Part shown: positions 10,151-20,481 of the stretch, in pieces
Layout: every line of letters begins with the position of its first letter
Position numbering within the stretch: the stretch's first letter is position 1
Assembly (NCBI GenBank): GCA_948465965.1
Contig: CAOJYR010000003.1
Span: 8,660-72,659, forward strand
From: an uncultured Mycoplasmatota bacterium
GTDB lineage: Bacteria; Bacillota_I; Bacilli_A; RF39; UBA660
DNA length: 64,000 bases
Reading direction: 5' to 3'
Notes under the pieces: model-generated
Databases searched by the model: none
What the model saw: the letters and a program-made list of their open reading frames with translations, nothing else
Told to the model about the DNA's origin: nothing
Translations under genes and position numbers: made by a program

Positions 10151-11047
10151 TTATTGTAAAGCCTTTGTTGCTAGTTTTCTTATAGCCTCCTTTGTTTTAG
10201 CTGTTGCGATAAATCTGTTGGAGTGACAGAATATTGCTCCTTTTACTCCTGTTACTTTTTCTAGTTCGCATCCAGAAAGACCTGCCCATTTTTCTGGGAG
10301 TAGAAGTCTATCTGTTTTATCATCAAGAGATTTTGAAATCGTTTTTATCGCATATCCACCTCGATTAGAGGGATAGATTGCAAATACTATATTATCTGCT
10401 TTTTCATTCGTTAAGATTGCTTCTTCATAAGGCATATATTCATCTAGCTCTAAAACTACTCCATCAGTTTCTTCTATCAAATTGTTAACAATAGATTTGG
10501 CCTTTATTTTTCCTATAATATTATATAAAGTTTCCATAAATATTTCTTTAGCAAACTCCTCAGCTTTTAAAAATTGACTATTCTCATTTTCTTCAGTAAA
10601 AGAACTTGGATTAAAGATTTTTATCACGTCACTTAAAGTTTTTACTTTATATGGAGCATCAATATCTGGGAATATTCCATTATCAATAGCGTCTAGGCCT
10701 TCAATTAATTCTTTATCCATGGCTTTAAAAACTTCTTCTATATTTTCTACTTTTTCCTTTTGTAGAAAACTTTTTCCGAATTCCTGCCATAAAAGCCCAA
10801 TTGATGAATATTTTATACCATTTTCTCTAAGCTTTGCATCTTCTTGGTGATGATCGTATTTTCCCCTACCAATATCATAAATGATGGCATCCTTATTTAT
10901 ATTTCCATTTATATTTGCAACTCTTATCACCTTTATATCTTTTAAATAGACTTCCAAAAAAGCAGTAGCAAATACTTCGTCAGCATGCATTGTCCCATTA
11001 TGAGTAATACAGGTAGCTTCTTCTACTTTTGTTACTAATTTTATCAT
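10151..11047 (-). CDS. MYG1/UPF0160 family metal-dependent protein hydrolase
   Basis: N-terminal ITHNGTMHADEVFATAFL matches the MYG1 family signature (THxGxFHxDE). Length about 300 aa. Confidence 0.75.
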   Translation of the reverse strand: MIKLVTKVEEATCITHNGTMHADEVFATAFLEVYLKDIKVIRVANINGNINKDAIIYDIGRGKYDHHQEDAKLRENGIKYSSIGLLWQEFGKSFLQKEKVENIEEVFKAMDKELIEGLDAIDNGIFPDIDAPYKVKTLSDVIKIFNPSSFTEENENSQFLKAEEFAKEIFMETLYNIIGKIKAKSIVNNLIEETDGVVLELDEYMPYEEAILTNEKADNIVFAIYPSNRGGYAIKTISKSLDDKTDRLLLPEKWAGLSGCELEKVTGVKGAIFCHSNRFIATAKTKEAIRKLATKALQ

Positions 11048-11171
11048 TTTGTACCTCTTTTCTTTTTTTCATTATACACTATTTTTATTTTTTTGTGTAA
11101 AGTCTTTTATTCTATTCATTTATTTTATTTCTTAAGTGTTATAATAGTATTGTTTATAATGAGGTGATATT

Positions 11172-13763
11172 TTGTATAAGAAAAGTATAGAGGATGTTTT
11201 TAAGGAGCTTAATTCGTCTAAAAATGGATTAAATGACAAACAAGTTACAAGAAGAAAAAAGGAATTTGGTAAAAATAAAATAGAAGATAAAAACCAAAAT
11301 AGTAAATTAAAATTATTTTTAAAACAATTTGATGATATGATGATTAAATTATTATTGGTTGTAGCAATTATTTCTGCTGTTTATTCTTTTTTTTCTGGAG
11401 AACCATTAACTGATACTATTTTAATTATTTTAATTGTTGGGCTTAATGTTTCTATGGGATATATGCAGGAAGTAAAGGCAGAAGCATCTATTAAATCACT
11501 TCAAAAAATTGAAAGAGCCTCTTGCAAAGTTAGAAGAGGTGGTAAGGATTTAATGATTAATGTGGAAAATTTATTACCTGGGGATATCTTATATTTAGAA
11601 GCTGGTAATAAGGTTCCGGCTGATGCTAGAATTATTGAATGTAGTAATTTGTATGCAAATGAGTCCTTACTTACTGGCGAGAGTGAAGCTGTTTTAAAAA
11701 ATAGTAATATAATAGAAGAAGATGTATTAATTAACGATAGATATAATATGGTTTATTCTGGATGCGATATTACTGGAGGGCGTGGTATTGCGATTGTTAC
11801 AGCGATAGGTTTAAATACAGAACTTGGTAGAATTGCTGATGCTTTAACGAAAAAGAAGGATGTTCCTACTCCTCTGCAGAAAAAAATCACAGAAATTAGT
11901 ACTACTCTTACAAAGTTAGTATCCATAGTTATTGTTTTTGTAATTATCTATAATTTATTTATATTAAAGAATAGTTTAATTAGTGTAGTCATGCTTGCAA
12001 TTAGTTTGATGGTATCGGCAGTTCCTGAAGGACTTCCTGCTGTTATTACCATTTCCCTATCTATAGGAGTTAATGCTATGGCTAAAAAAAGAACCATTGT
12101 TAGAACTTTATCCTCTGTTGAGACTCTTGGAAATGTGGAAGTTATCTGCTCTGATAAGACGGGAACAATTACACAAAATAAGATGACTGTTACTAAATTA
12201 TTTAGGAATGATGTGTTATTTAATCAGGATGATTATAAATATGATAAGAGTGATTTATTAATTAAGTCGATGCTATTAGCTAATGATAGTAGTTATATAA
12301 AAAATAAGTTAGTAGGAGACCCTACTGAGGTTGCTCTCATTGAATGTTGCATTAAAAATAAAATTAACTACACCAAAATGTTAGAGGAAAATAGGCGCAT
12401 TGACGATGTTCCTTTTGATTCTACTCGAAAAATGATGAGTGCATCCTACACAAATGGACGTGAGATGATGCTTTATTCAAAGGGAAGTCTGGAGTCTATA
12501 TTAAAATCGAGTAAATATTATTTATGTAATGGTGAAGTTCTTTCATTAACAAAAAAGAAGAAAGAAGAATTTTTTCAGATTGAAAAGGATCTTTCTAGTA
12601 ATGCATTACGAGTTATCGCTTTTGCTTATAAAAAAGGTGCTGACTTAAAGGAAGAGGATTTAGTATTTGTGGGAATGGTTGGAATGATTGATCCTCCAAG
12701 GGAAAGCGTTTATGATGCTATAAAGGTTTGTAAGACGAGTGGGATTGTTCCTATTATGATTACAGGAGATAATTTAACTACAGCAATGGAAATTGCAAAG
12801 CGTGTTGGGTTAACTGCTGATGCTACTAGGGGTATTGAAGGAAAAGATATTGCAAGGCTATCCGATATGGAGCTTGCCGAAGTTGTTTTAGATTATAGTG
12901 TTTATGCTAGAGTTTCTCCTGATGACAAAGTTAGGATTGTTAAGGCATTGCAAAATAATAGTAAGGTTGTTGCAATGACGGGGGATGGTGTTAATGATGC
13001 TCCAGCAATAAAACTTGCTGATATTGGTATAGGTATGGGTAAAGGGGGCACCGAGGTTACTAAAAGTACTGCTGATATTTTATTACTTGATGATAGCTTT
13101 TCTACTATCATAGATGCGAACTATGAAGGAAGACGAATCTTTGATAACATCAGAAATGTTATTATCTACTCTCTTTCTAGTAACTTTGCGGAAATATTTA
13201 TTGTTGTTGCGGGAATGTTTTTATCAGTAAATGCCCTACTTCCTATTCATATTTTGTATATAGATTTAGTTACTGATGCAGCACTCGCCATTTGTCTTGC
13301 TTTTGAAAAGGCTGCTAAGGATATCATGCTACGACCTCCAAGAAAAAGCACAAGCAAGTTCTTTACACCTTGGGTTATTGCTTCCTTAGTATTCTCTGCT
13401 TTCCTTGAAGGTATGGTCGTACTTTTATGTTTCCTTGTCGGAATGAATTATGGTGTTGGAGTTGCACAAACTATGGCATTGCTTTGCTTGATTATTCAGG
13501 AAACACTATATGCTATTAACTGTCGTAATTTAAAAGATCCTATTTATAAACAGGGCTTCTTCTCTAATAAATATTTAAATATTGGGCTTTTTCTAATTAT
13601 CATAGTTCAAGTGTTAACGTTTATTACTCCTGCTAGAGATTTACTTCATATAGAAACGTTAAATTTTGGTCAAGTTGGTTTTGTTTTTATAGTTAATATT
13701 ATTTTATTTGGTCTTGTAGAAATTTCTAAAATTGTTATTAAAAAAGTATTTAAAGATGAATAA
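11172..13763 (+). CDS. P-type (type IIA, SERCA/YloB-like) calcium-transporting ATPase
   Basis: Phosphorylation motif CSDKTGTIT, hinge motifs TGDN and GDGVNDAPA, the PEGLP ion-transduction motif and 10 predicted TM helices. TTG start with a GAGGTGA SD. Confidence 0.9.
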   Translation: MYKKSIEDVFKELNSSKNGLNDKQVTRRKKEFGKNKIEDKNQNSKLKLFLKQFDDMMIKLLLVVAIISAVYSFFSGEPLTDTILIILIVGLNVSMGYMQEVKAEASIKSLQKIERASCKVRRGGKDLMINVENLLPGDILYLEAGNKVPADARIIECSNLYANESLLTGESEAVLKNSNIIEEDVLINDRYNMVYSGCDITGGRGIAIVTAIGLNTELGRIADALTKKKDVPTPLQKKITEISTTLTKLVSIVIVFVIIYNLFILKNSLISVVMLAISLMVSAVPEGLPAVITISLSIGVNAMAKKRTIVRTLSSVETLGNVEVICSDKTGTITQNKMTVTKLFRNDVLFNQDDYKYDKSDLLIKSMLLANDSSYIKNKLVGDPTEVALIECCIKNKINYTKMLEENRRIDDVPFDSTRKMMSASYTNGREMMLYSKGSLESILKSSKYYLCNGEVLSLTKKKKEEFFQIEKDLSSNALRVIAFAYKKGADLKEEDLVFVGMVGMIDPPRESVYDAIKVCKTSGIVPIMITGDNLTTAMEIAKRVGLTADATRGIEGKDIARLSDMELAEVVLDYSVYARVSPDDKVRIVKALQNNSKVVAMTGDGVNDAPAIKLADIGIGMGKGGTEVTKSTADILLLDDSFSTIIDANYEGRRIFDNIRNVIIYSLSSNFAEIFIVVAGMFLSVNALLPIHILYIDLVTDAALAICLAFEKAAKDIMLRPPRKSTSKFFTPWVIASLVFSAFLEGMVVLLCFLVGMNYGVGVAQTMALLCLIIQETLYAINCRNLKDPIYKQGFFSNKYLNIGLFLIIIVQVLTFITPARDLLHIETLNFGQVGFVFIVNIILFGLVEISKIVIKKVFKDE

Positions 13764-13772
13764 TATAAAAAG

Positions 13773-13808
13773 CCATATCATTTTTTCTAGATGATGTGGC
13801 TTTCTTTA
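13773..13808. terminator. Bidirectional rho-independent terminator between the convergent ATPase and rpn genes
   Basis: Inverted repeat AAGCCATATCAT-tttttctag-ATGATGTGGCTT flanked by A-runs and T-runs on both strands. Confidence 0.7.
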
Positions 13809-13816
13809 TTTACTAA

Positions 13817-14761
13817 TTAGTTATAGATATTATGTGCTAATTCTTTAATTTCTTTTACACTTAACTTCGTACATTTTTCTATTACTTCTATATCTATGTT
13901 CTCTTCTAACATAGATAATGCTGTCTGTTTTACACCTTCTTTTACGCCTTCTTTTATACCTATTTTTTTCCCTTCTTCTATTCCATCCTTTAGGCCTTTC
14001 TCCATATATTCGCTTCTTAATGAATTCATTATTTTTCTATTATCTTCTTCTGCACTTATATATTCTCTAAATTTTGGGTTTTTGTTTACTCGTGTTAATT
14101 CATCCATATATGTAGACACCACCTTATCACCTTTTGATAATATTTTTAAATCTTCATCTTTCAAATTTAACATTATCAGGTATTTAAATTCTTCTATTTT
14201 CTTTGTGTCTTTAGTATACCAAAACCTAGTATATTTATCCATATTAAATTCATAAATAATAAGATTTTTGGCATATAAATTCCCATTATCATCTCTTACT
14301 TTAAATATTCTATACAAGTCTTTATATGATAAGTTATAACTGAAGTTTATTTGTACTATATTAAAATTTTCACTATATTTTTCTCCTCTTAAAGTATAAT
14401 GTGAATATGCATCTGCGATAAATGAAAAGTTTCTTGGACGCACATAGTCCTCTTTAGAGGTATTCACTTCTATTCCAATGAGTCCTTGGTCGGTATCAAT
14501 TAAAGCATCAACATGTTTTCTGGCTACATGAATATTATCTACGTTTCTTTCATTATTAAGTATTTCAATACTACTAATTTTTACTTTTAAAATGTTTTCT
14601 AATAATACTTTTAGTAAGTATTTATTTTTTTCGTTTAGAAACACCTCCTTAAAAGCTCTATCATACTTACATGTATAAAACTCTTTCTCTTCTGTTTTTA
14701 TATAAATCCCTCCTTTTTCCAAAAGTAGCAACAATATAACAAAAGAGATTATTGATTGCAA
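13817..14761 (-). CDS. Rpn-family recombination-promoting nuclease, a putative transposase (PD-(D/E)XK, YhgA-like). The true start is probably internal (IKTEEKEFY...).
   Basis: N-terminal KYDRAFKEVFL motif, a central PD-(D/E)xK-like region, and a C-terminal repetitive EGKKIGIKEGVKEGVKQ tail typical of this family. Confidence 0.75.
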   Translation of the reverse strand: MQSIISFVILLLLLEKGGIYIKTEEKEFYTCKYDRAFKEVFLNEKNKYLLKVLLENILKVKISSIEILNNERNVDNIHVARKHVDALIDTDQGLIGIEVNTSKEDYVRPRNFSFIADAYSHYTLRGEKYSENFNIVQINFSYNLSYKDLYRIFKVRDDNGNLYAKNLIIYEFNMDKYTRFWYTKDTKKIEEFKYLIMLNLKDEDLKILSKGDKVVSTYMDELTRVNKNPKFREYISAEEDNRKIMNSLRSEYMEKGLKDGIEEGKKIGIKEGVKEGVKQTALSMLEENIDIEVIEKCTKLSVKEIKELAHNIYN

Positions 14762-14897
14762 ATGATGCTTTTTATGAATTTCTTGTTAATGAATGACGAA
14801 AATATAGATTTTTCTAGTCAATTATTTGATTTTATGCTTATGAGTAGACTAATTGTTCATTTTATATAAATATGCCTTTTTTACAATAAAAAAGAGC

Positions 14898-17738
14898 TTA
14901 TGCGGCTCTTTGTTTTTCGTTTGTTTCTTCCTCTCCATATGTGTTTTCTACATATTCATCTACCATATCTGTTACTGCATTTCCATAACTTGTTTTTCTA
15001 TTTTTACCCATGTTTTTCGCTACATTATATGCAAGGGATGCTGAAGTAGCAGTTCCTAGAATAGTTGTAGATAGATCACTTGGAAGAGAATCTAGGGCTT
15101 TTACCTGTTCTGCAGTAAGTCCTATTAAGCTTTCTCCGGAGTTAATAACACTTGCCATTGAGTTATTCATATTACTAATAGCGTCAGGATGTTTACTAAT
15201 ATACTTCATAGCCCCTAATACACCGCTCAAATCAAATTGTGGATGAGCTTTCGCATAGCTTGATAAGATTGGTATATATTCATTATATATACCAACAAGC
15301 TTAGCTTGTTGCGCATTGGCTAAGTTAACGAATTGGCTTAAGGCATCGGCTTGTGAAATAGAACCGCTTCCATACTTTGTTGTTATATCAGCAATAGAAG
15401 CTTTTGTACTATTATACATTGCTTCATAGGCATTATGACCTGCAGCATCCAATTGATGATATTTATCAGTACCAATGTGCCAGTCTACCAAGTCTAAGTT
15501 CTTCCTTTCAATTACACCAGAGGCGTCTGTTACAGCCTGATTCATTTGGGCTTTTAAACCATTTGTAAAGTTATCATTTTGAGCAACTATGTCACTACCA
15601 GTTTGATGTACTTGATCCATCTGTCTATTGTTTATATTATTTACTCTTGCTGCTTCTTGTTGTTCACTTTGGAGTGTTTCATGTAATTTTCTTTGTGTGG
15701 TTAGAGCATTCACTGTACTGATTGCGGCAGATGCAACTGCTACTGTTGTGAAGACATCTCTTATAAATGGATCATCTCTATAATCTAACATCTCAGCCAA
15801 AGGACTATAATATTTCTTTCCAACTGATCTTGTTCCAAAAACGCTTTCTTTTATTTCTGTGTTTTCACTTAGTAAAGATTCTCCTTTAATGAAGTTTTCT
15901 AATGCTTTTTCATCATTTCCTGTGCGTATGGCTTTATTTTCTTCATCCTCATAGTGTGCTTCCTTAGCAAGTAATTCTTGATCCAAGTCATAATCTTTAG
16001 TAAATCTTTTACCTACGCAAGATAATTTTGTAGCTGCTGCTTTCATATCTTCACTAAAACCATGTAATCCTCCAGATAAATAATTATTTGCTTGTACATA
16101 ATCTTTTCTGATAGATTCTATTTGTTTTGCTTTTCCTTTAAGTAAGGTTTCCTTTTGTTTTAAAAGACTATCTTTTTGTTCTTTTGATAAATTTTCATTT
16201 CTTAGTTTTTCTTCTATGGCTTCTATTTGTGCATAATCTGTAAATACCTTTTTATAATTTTCTTCTAGGTTTGTGTTAATAGCTGTTACTTTTTCCATAA
16301 TAAAGCTATTCATCTTTTCTTCTAATAAAGTATTTAAAATAGTTGGGAATCTTTCTGCTATTACGGTATTCCCTCTATATTCATTATAAAGGGTCATTAA
16401 ATCTTCTTCACTTAAATTATTGATTCTCTCCTTTAAAGTGTTAATTCTCTTTTTGTCTTCTTTTCTGTAAGTTAATTTGTTCTTTAACTTAGATAACAAT
16501 TGAAAAGGCACTTTCATAACTGTTCCAGCTGTATGAACTATGTTATATAAATAGTTACCTGATTGTAATTCAGTTTTAAAATTTTTATGAATATTAATAT
16601 TAGAAGCTTTATACTTTTTGTTATCCTTTTTCTTTACTTCTAAACCTTGTGTTAGGTCATCTATGATTCTTTTTACTCCTCTTTTTGGCTTTGGTGGAGG
16701 ACTTGTTTTTTGTTTTGGTGGTTTAGTATCTTTTTTCTTAGTTGGACCTGGTAGGCCTTTAGTTTCACCTAAGACTGGTCCTGGTAAGCCTAGTGTCTCA
16801 TTTTTTGTTGGCTGTTGTTCATCCATGGTTGGACCACTTATTCCTTTTGTTTCACCTAAGACTGGTCCTGGTAGACCTAATAATTTAGAATTATTATTTA
16901 TATTATTATTTTGATCTGTTGTAATGCTTAAAGGACGAGGTTTTTCTTCTAATAATAAGGGGTGCGAATTTTGTGTTGGATCTTTTATTTCTATGTTTTC
17001 AGCATCCTTTAATCTAGCCTCAAGTTCTTCTTTTCTTTTTTTTAGTTTCTCAAAGATTTTATTTTCTTCTATTTTTTTATCCATGTATTCTTGATTAAAA
17101 GCATTGATTGTTCCTTGATCAACAAGTTTTCTTTCTTCATCAAAAATATTTAAAAAATTATTAATGGATTGTTGAAGTTGTTCATTCACTTTACTTAATT
17201 CATCTTCTAGATCACTAGGTGAATCTAAAACATCACTACTAACCTCTTCATTATTTATATCACTTAAATCAGGTACTTCATTATCATCGATTTCTGGATT
17301 CATTACCTCTTCTTCACTAACAGGTCTATCCTCATTATATTCAGGTTGTTTTTCGTTTTCGGATATTATTTCATTTCTTAATTCATCTTGTGTGTTAGGA
17401 GTTAAATTAGCCATAAAATTTCTAATCTCATCCTCTTTCGAGGAAATCTCTTCAGCTATTTCATCTTTTGCATTTCCATCTTCTTCCTTGTCTAATGTAT
17501 CTCTTAGTCTCCTTAAATCCATAATATCTTTCTTAGCCGCGTCATAGGATGCTATTTGTCTTTGAATACTACTAATTTCATCTTCTATTTGGGAGATAAG
17601 TTCTACTAAACGTTGATAATCTCTTTGAAAACTTTCTCGTGGCATATCATTTTCTGCATTTCGTAGGTTTTTCATTTCTTCTTGAAGATGAATTAATTCA
17701 TTTTGATTTCTTTCTAGTTCTTCTTTTAAGCTATTCAT
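14898..17738 (-). CDS. Large hypothetical protein (946 aa). It has an N-terminal coiled coil, an acidic linker, two collagen-like GLPGPVLGETKG(L/I)(P/S)GPT repeats, a proline/lysine-rich spacer and a C-terminal domain of about 550 aa. No signal peptide.
   Basis: Long ORF in the same orientation as the upstream DUF1292 gene. Gly-X-Y-like repeats are visible in the translation. No family recognised. Confidence 0.6.
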   Translation of the reverse strand: MNSLKEELERNQNELIHLQEEMKNLRNAENDMPRESFQRDYQRLVELISQIEDEISSIQRQIASYDAAKKDIMDLRRLRDTLDKEEDGNAKDEIAEEISSKEDEIRNFMANLTPNTQDELRNEIISENEKQPEYNEDRPVSEEEVMNPEIDDNEVPDLSDINNEEVSSDVLDSPSDLEDELSKVNEQLQQSINNFLNIFDEERKLVDQGTINAFNQEYMDKKIEENKIFEKLKKRKEELEARLKDAENIEIKDPTQNSHPLLLEEKPRPLSITTDQNNNINNNSKLLGLPGPVLGETKGISGPTMDEQQPTKNETLGLPGPVLGETKGLPGPTKKKDTKPPKQKTSPPPKPKRGVKRIIDDLTQGLEVKKKDNKKYKASNINIHKNFKTELQSGNYLYNIVHTAGTVMKVPFQLLSKLKNKLTYRKEDKKRINTLKERINNLSEEDLMTLYNEYRGNTVIAERFPTILNTLLEEKMNSFIMEKVTAINTNLEENYKKVFTDYAQIEAIEEKLRNENLSKEQKDSLLKQKETLLKGKAKQIESIRKDYVQANNYLSGGLHGFSEDMKAAATKLSCVGKRFTKDYDLDQELLAKEAHYEDEENKAIRTGNDEKALENFIKGESLLSENTEIKESVFGTRSVGKKYYSPLAEMLDYRDDPFIRDVFTTVAVASAAISTVNALTTQRKLHETLQSEQQEAARVNNINNRQMDQVHQTGSDIVAQNDNFTNGLKAQMNQAVTDASGVIERKNLDLVDWHIGTDKYHQLDAAGHNAYEAMYNSTKASIADITTKYGSGSISQADALSQFVNLANAQQAKLVGIYNEYIPILSSYAKAHPQFDLSGVLGAMKYISKHPDAISNMNNSMASVINSGESLIGLTAEQVKALDSLPSDLSTTILGTATSASLAYNVAKNMGKNRKTSYGNAVTDMVDEYVENTYGEEETNEKQRAA
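16730..16890 (-). repeat. Intragenic direct DNA repeat encoding the duplicated collagen-like LGLPGPVLGETKG-x-PGPT peptide
   Basis: tttcacctaagactggtcctggta(a/g)(g/a)cct occurs twice about 95 bp apart within the 946-aa ORF. Confidence 0.7.
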
Positions 17739-17747
17739 TATTTCTAC

Positions 17748-18014
17748 CTACCTTTCTATACTTTCTTCTATTTCTTTTAAAACATCTTTAATCATGTCCC
17801 ACTCTTCGTCTGTTTCAACATCTTCTAATGTTCCTGTTCCAAGTATTGGATCAAATGAAGAAATATATATGTTTTTGCGACCATTACTCGCTAATTTATT
17901 ATCTGTATAACCAATATAGGCCTTATTCGTATCTTCACTATCAAAAGTAAATAATACATCGCATTCTAAACGTTCACCATTCTTTTCAATCGTTATTTTT
18001 TCTAACTCTTCCAT
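17748..18014 (-). CDS. DUF1292 (UPF0473/YrzB-like) family protein
   Basis: 88-aa acidic protein MEELEKITIEKNGERLECDVLFTF...EDVETDEEWDMIKDVL, matching the characteristic DUF1292 pattern. Confidence 0.65.
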   Translation of the reverse strand: MEELEKITIEKNGERLECDVLFTFDSEDTNKAYIGYTDNKLASNGRKNIYISSFDPILGTGTLEDVETDEEWDMIKDVLKEIEESIER

Positions 18015-18032
18015 AGAGCACCTCCACTTATC

Positions 18033-18548
18033 TTACCTTTTTATATTTATATTTAAATAATTCGTTCCTTTTTCTTCTTTTGTTGCCTTCTTTTTTATTA
18101 TAACAGTATAAATTGTTTCTTGTTTTTTATTTTTTTTCATACTAAGATTTTTAAGTTCTTTACTGTTATTTAAGAGTTCTTTTGTATCCTTATCTTTGTA
18201 TAATTTTATTACTACTCCTTCTTCATTTGCCACATCAAAATTAATACTATAACTCAACTTTTTTTCATTAATCTCTTTATTATGATAATTTGTTAATTTC
18301 ATCTTATATTCCTTTATAGCATTTTCTTTTAAATTAGATATGTCTATAGAAATACTTATATCATCATCAATTGTTTTTTCGGTTACAGGTATTGTAATAT
18401 CTACATCTTTATTTTTGGCCTCATTCTTTTTGGTTAAGGCAACAATAGATAATGTTATAACTAAAAGTAATAATATTACAAATGTAAACAACAATATTAT
18501 ATCAGATTTTGTTCGTTTTTTTATTCTTCTTTTAGTTTTTTTATTCAT
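18033..18548 (-). CDS. Hypothetical membrane-anchored extracellular protein (N-terminal signal anchor), 171 aa
   Basis: KKRTKSD followed by a hydrophobic helix, then a hydrophilic domain. Confidence 0.45.
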   Translation of the reverse strand: MNKKTKRRIKKRTKSDIILLFTFVILLLLVITLSIVALTKKNEAKNKDVDITIPVTEKTIDDDISISIDISNLKENAIKEYKMKLTNYHNKEINEKKLSYSINFDVANEEGVVIKLYKDKDTKELLNNSKELKNLSMKKNKKQETIYTVIIKKKATKEEKGTNYLNINIKR

Positions 18549-18577
18549 TATTTACACTCCTCTTCTCTTTAAATTTA

Positions 18578-19921
18578 TTATCCATTCGTAAGAGTTGAAA
18601 TTATATTTGTTAATTTATTATTTAAATTTTCTTGTTGCTCTGTAGTAATACTACTTTTTAAAATTGAATCAGAGACATTTTCCTCTATTTTTATATTAGT
18701 AATTATCGAAGATGTAATAGAAATGTTGAAGTCTAACAAACTGGTATTGTTGGTGGTAGCTACTATGCTTATTTTTGTATCATTATTGTAAGACTTTTCT
18801 TTCTTTATATTTGTGTTTTTAGATGATATAGATAAGTCTATTGCCATATTATCTATATTTAAGTTCATAGATATTTTTTTGCTATTTTTAGTATTATTCA
18901 AAGTTAGTGTTCCTATTTTTTTATTCTTACTATCTAAAGCATTTATCGTTGTTTGCTCTTTTTCTGTTGTAAGTTCTAAGGTTGACTCTAATTTATTGTT
19001 ATTATAAATCATAATCAAACCTTTTTTATCATTCTTTTCATATACTAATTTATTGGTATTTCTATTATCTAAAAAAATCAATTCATACTTTTTAGGTGTA
19101 TATACAATGGAATCTGTATATATATTTATCTCTAGTTTTTGACCTTTTTCAAGAATTGTATTATTTTTTATTTTTAAGTTTTTAAAATCTTTATTATAAC
19201 CAGTTAATATTTCAGTTGCTTTTTTATCTTTTTTTAAATCCTTTAAAATGCTATTGATAAGTTTATTCATGCTTTCATTATCTAATTTAAGGCCTATCTT
19301 AGTTAAATTGTTTTCTTTTGTTTTTGTGAAGTAATCGTCTGTTAAATTTTCCTTTAGAGACTCACTAACTCGATTTACTATATATAATAGGTTTTCTTGT
19401 TGTGTTGTTTCACTGTTTAGTGTTTCGAAGTAATTGTTATTACCATTATTAATATAGGAAGGGGTTATTCCATTCACATAATAGTATTCTGTATTATTTT
19501 CTATTAAATATTTACCAGTTATTAATTCTATATTATTTAAATTGCTATTATAGTTTAGTAATAATTTTTTATTTGTTTTGTCTTGTGTTAGTGTAATATT
19601 ACTATTTGTATTGTTTAAATTAGTTAATAATTGATAAAATGGCAAATAGGCAGGATCTTGTGTTGCTAAGGACTTTAAATAATCACTTTCTAAGTTAAAT
19701 TTAATATTGCTTGTCATGGTATAACTATCTTGTAATAATTTATTTTCATTATTCAATAGTCTATTCATGCTTTTGTTTAAATTATCTATGGATATTGCCA
19801 TTATTCTTTTCGGATTTCCTAAATAATTCAGCACTCCTCCTATCAGTATAAAAATTAATCCTATAATAAATACACCGATAGCTAATACTCTTTTATTTTT
19901 TACAACACCCATACTACTCAC
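18578..19921 (-). CDS. Hypothetical membrane-anchored, Asn-rich extracellular protein, 447 aa
   Basis: N-terminal TM segment (LAIGVFIIGLIFILIGGVLNYL). The remainder is N/T/S-rich. Confidence 0.45.
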   Translation of the reverse strand: MSSMGVVKNKRVLAIGVFIIGLIFILIGGVLNYLGNPKRIMAISIDNLNKSMNRLLNNENKLLQDSYTMTSNIKFNLESDYLKSLATQDPAYLPFYQLLTNLNNTNSNITLTQDKTNKKLLLNYNSNLNNIELITGKYLIENNTEYYYVNGITPSYINNGNNNYFETLNSETTQQENLLYIVNRVSESLKENLTDDYFTKTKENNLTKIGLKLDNESMNKLINSILKDLKKDKKATEILTGYNKDFKNLKIKNNTILEKGQKLEINIYTDSIVYTPKKYELIFLDNRNTNKLVYEKNDKKGLIMIYNNNKLESTLELTTEKEQTTINALDSKNKKIGTLTLNNTKNSKKISMNLNIDNMAIDLSISSKNTNIKKEKSYNNDTKISIVATTNNTSLLDFNISITSSIITNIKIEENVSDSILKSSITTEQQENLNNKLTNIISTLTNG

Positions 19922-19976
19922 TCCTATATTATATATAATTATAGCAAATAAAAAGATAAAATTCCATATCTTTTAT

Positions 19977-20480
19977 CTAATTCGTACTAGAAGTTAATAT
20001 ACTTATCTGATAAGAAATGTTTTTAGGAAGTGGCATTATAACAGAGGTAGTTGTAACTGTAATAGTCAAAGTTAATTTTTCTCCTGGTTTTAGGATTTCT
20101 TCTTTTATATCATTATGCTTTATAGAGACTAGTGAAAGTGCTACACTATCAATATTTTCTACTATGTTATCTATTTTAGCGTCTAAATTCCCATTGTTTT
20201 TGATTGTAACCTTGTATGTTAGGGAGTCATTTACACTATTTAATTTAAAATTAAAATCTATTGTTTTATTGTTGTTTTCTATATTATAAGTGGCAGTAGG
20301 AGATGTTTTTCCCCCTTTTATTTTTGTACCTTCCTCTACTTTGGTAATGGACACATCATAATTTGCTTTAGATATATTATTTATAGTTATTGATAGATAA
20401 ATAAAACCAATTACTAAAAACACTATGGTTATAGATAATATTGTAATTATTAGATTTTTTGTTCTTAATTTCTTTTTCAT
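19977..20480 (-). CDS. Hypothetical membrane-anchored protein with a beta-rich (Ig-like/DUF11-like) extracellular domain. Start trimmed to MKKKLRTKN.
   Basis: The internal ATG at 20480 is preceded by an AAGAAGGAAAG SD and overlaps the upstream stop (taacATG). The T/V/K-rich beta pattern is characteristic. Confidence 0.45.
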   Translation of the reverse strand: MKKKLRTKNLIITILSITIVFLVIGFIYLSITINNISKANYDVSITKVEEGTKIKGGKTSPTATYNIENNNKTIDFNFKLNSVNDSLTYKVTIKNNGNLDAKIDNIVENIDSVALSLVSIKHNDIKEEILKPGEKLTLTITVTTTSVIMPLPKNISYQISILTSSTN

Positions 20481-20481
20481 G

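Noticed and set aside
12902-13111. A 69-aa antisense ORF inside the P-type ATPase gene
   Set aside because: It lies antisense to the highly conserved GDGVNDAPA region of the ATPase. It is an artefact.
16730-16890. Collagen-like repeat region considered as a possible CRISPR or short tandem repeat array
   Set aside because: There are only two copies. They are in frame within a long ORF and encode a Gly-Pro-rich peptide. There is no spacer-repeat periodicity and no cas genes.
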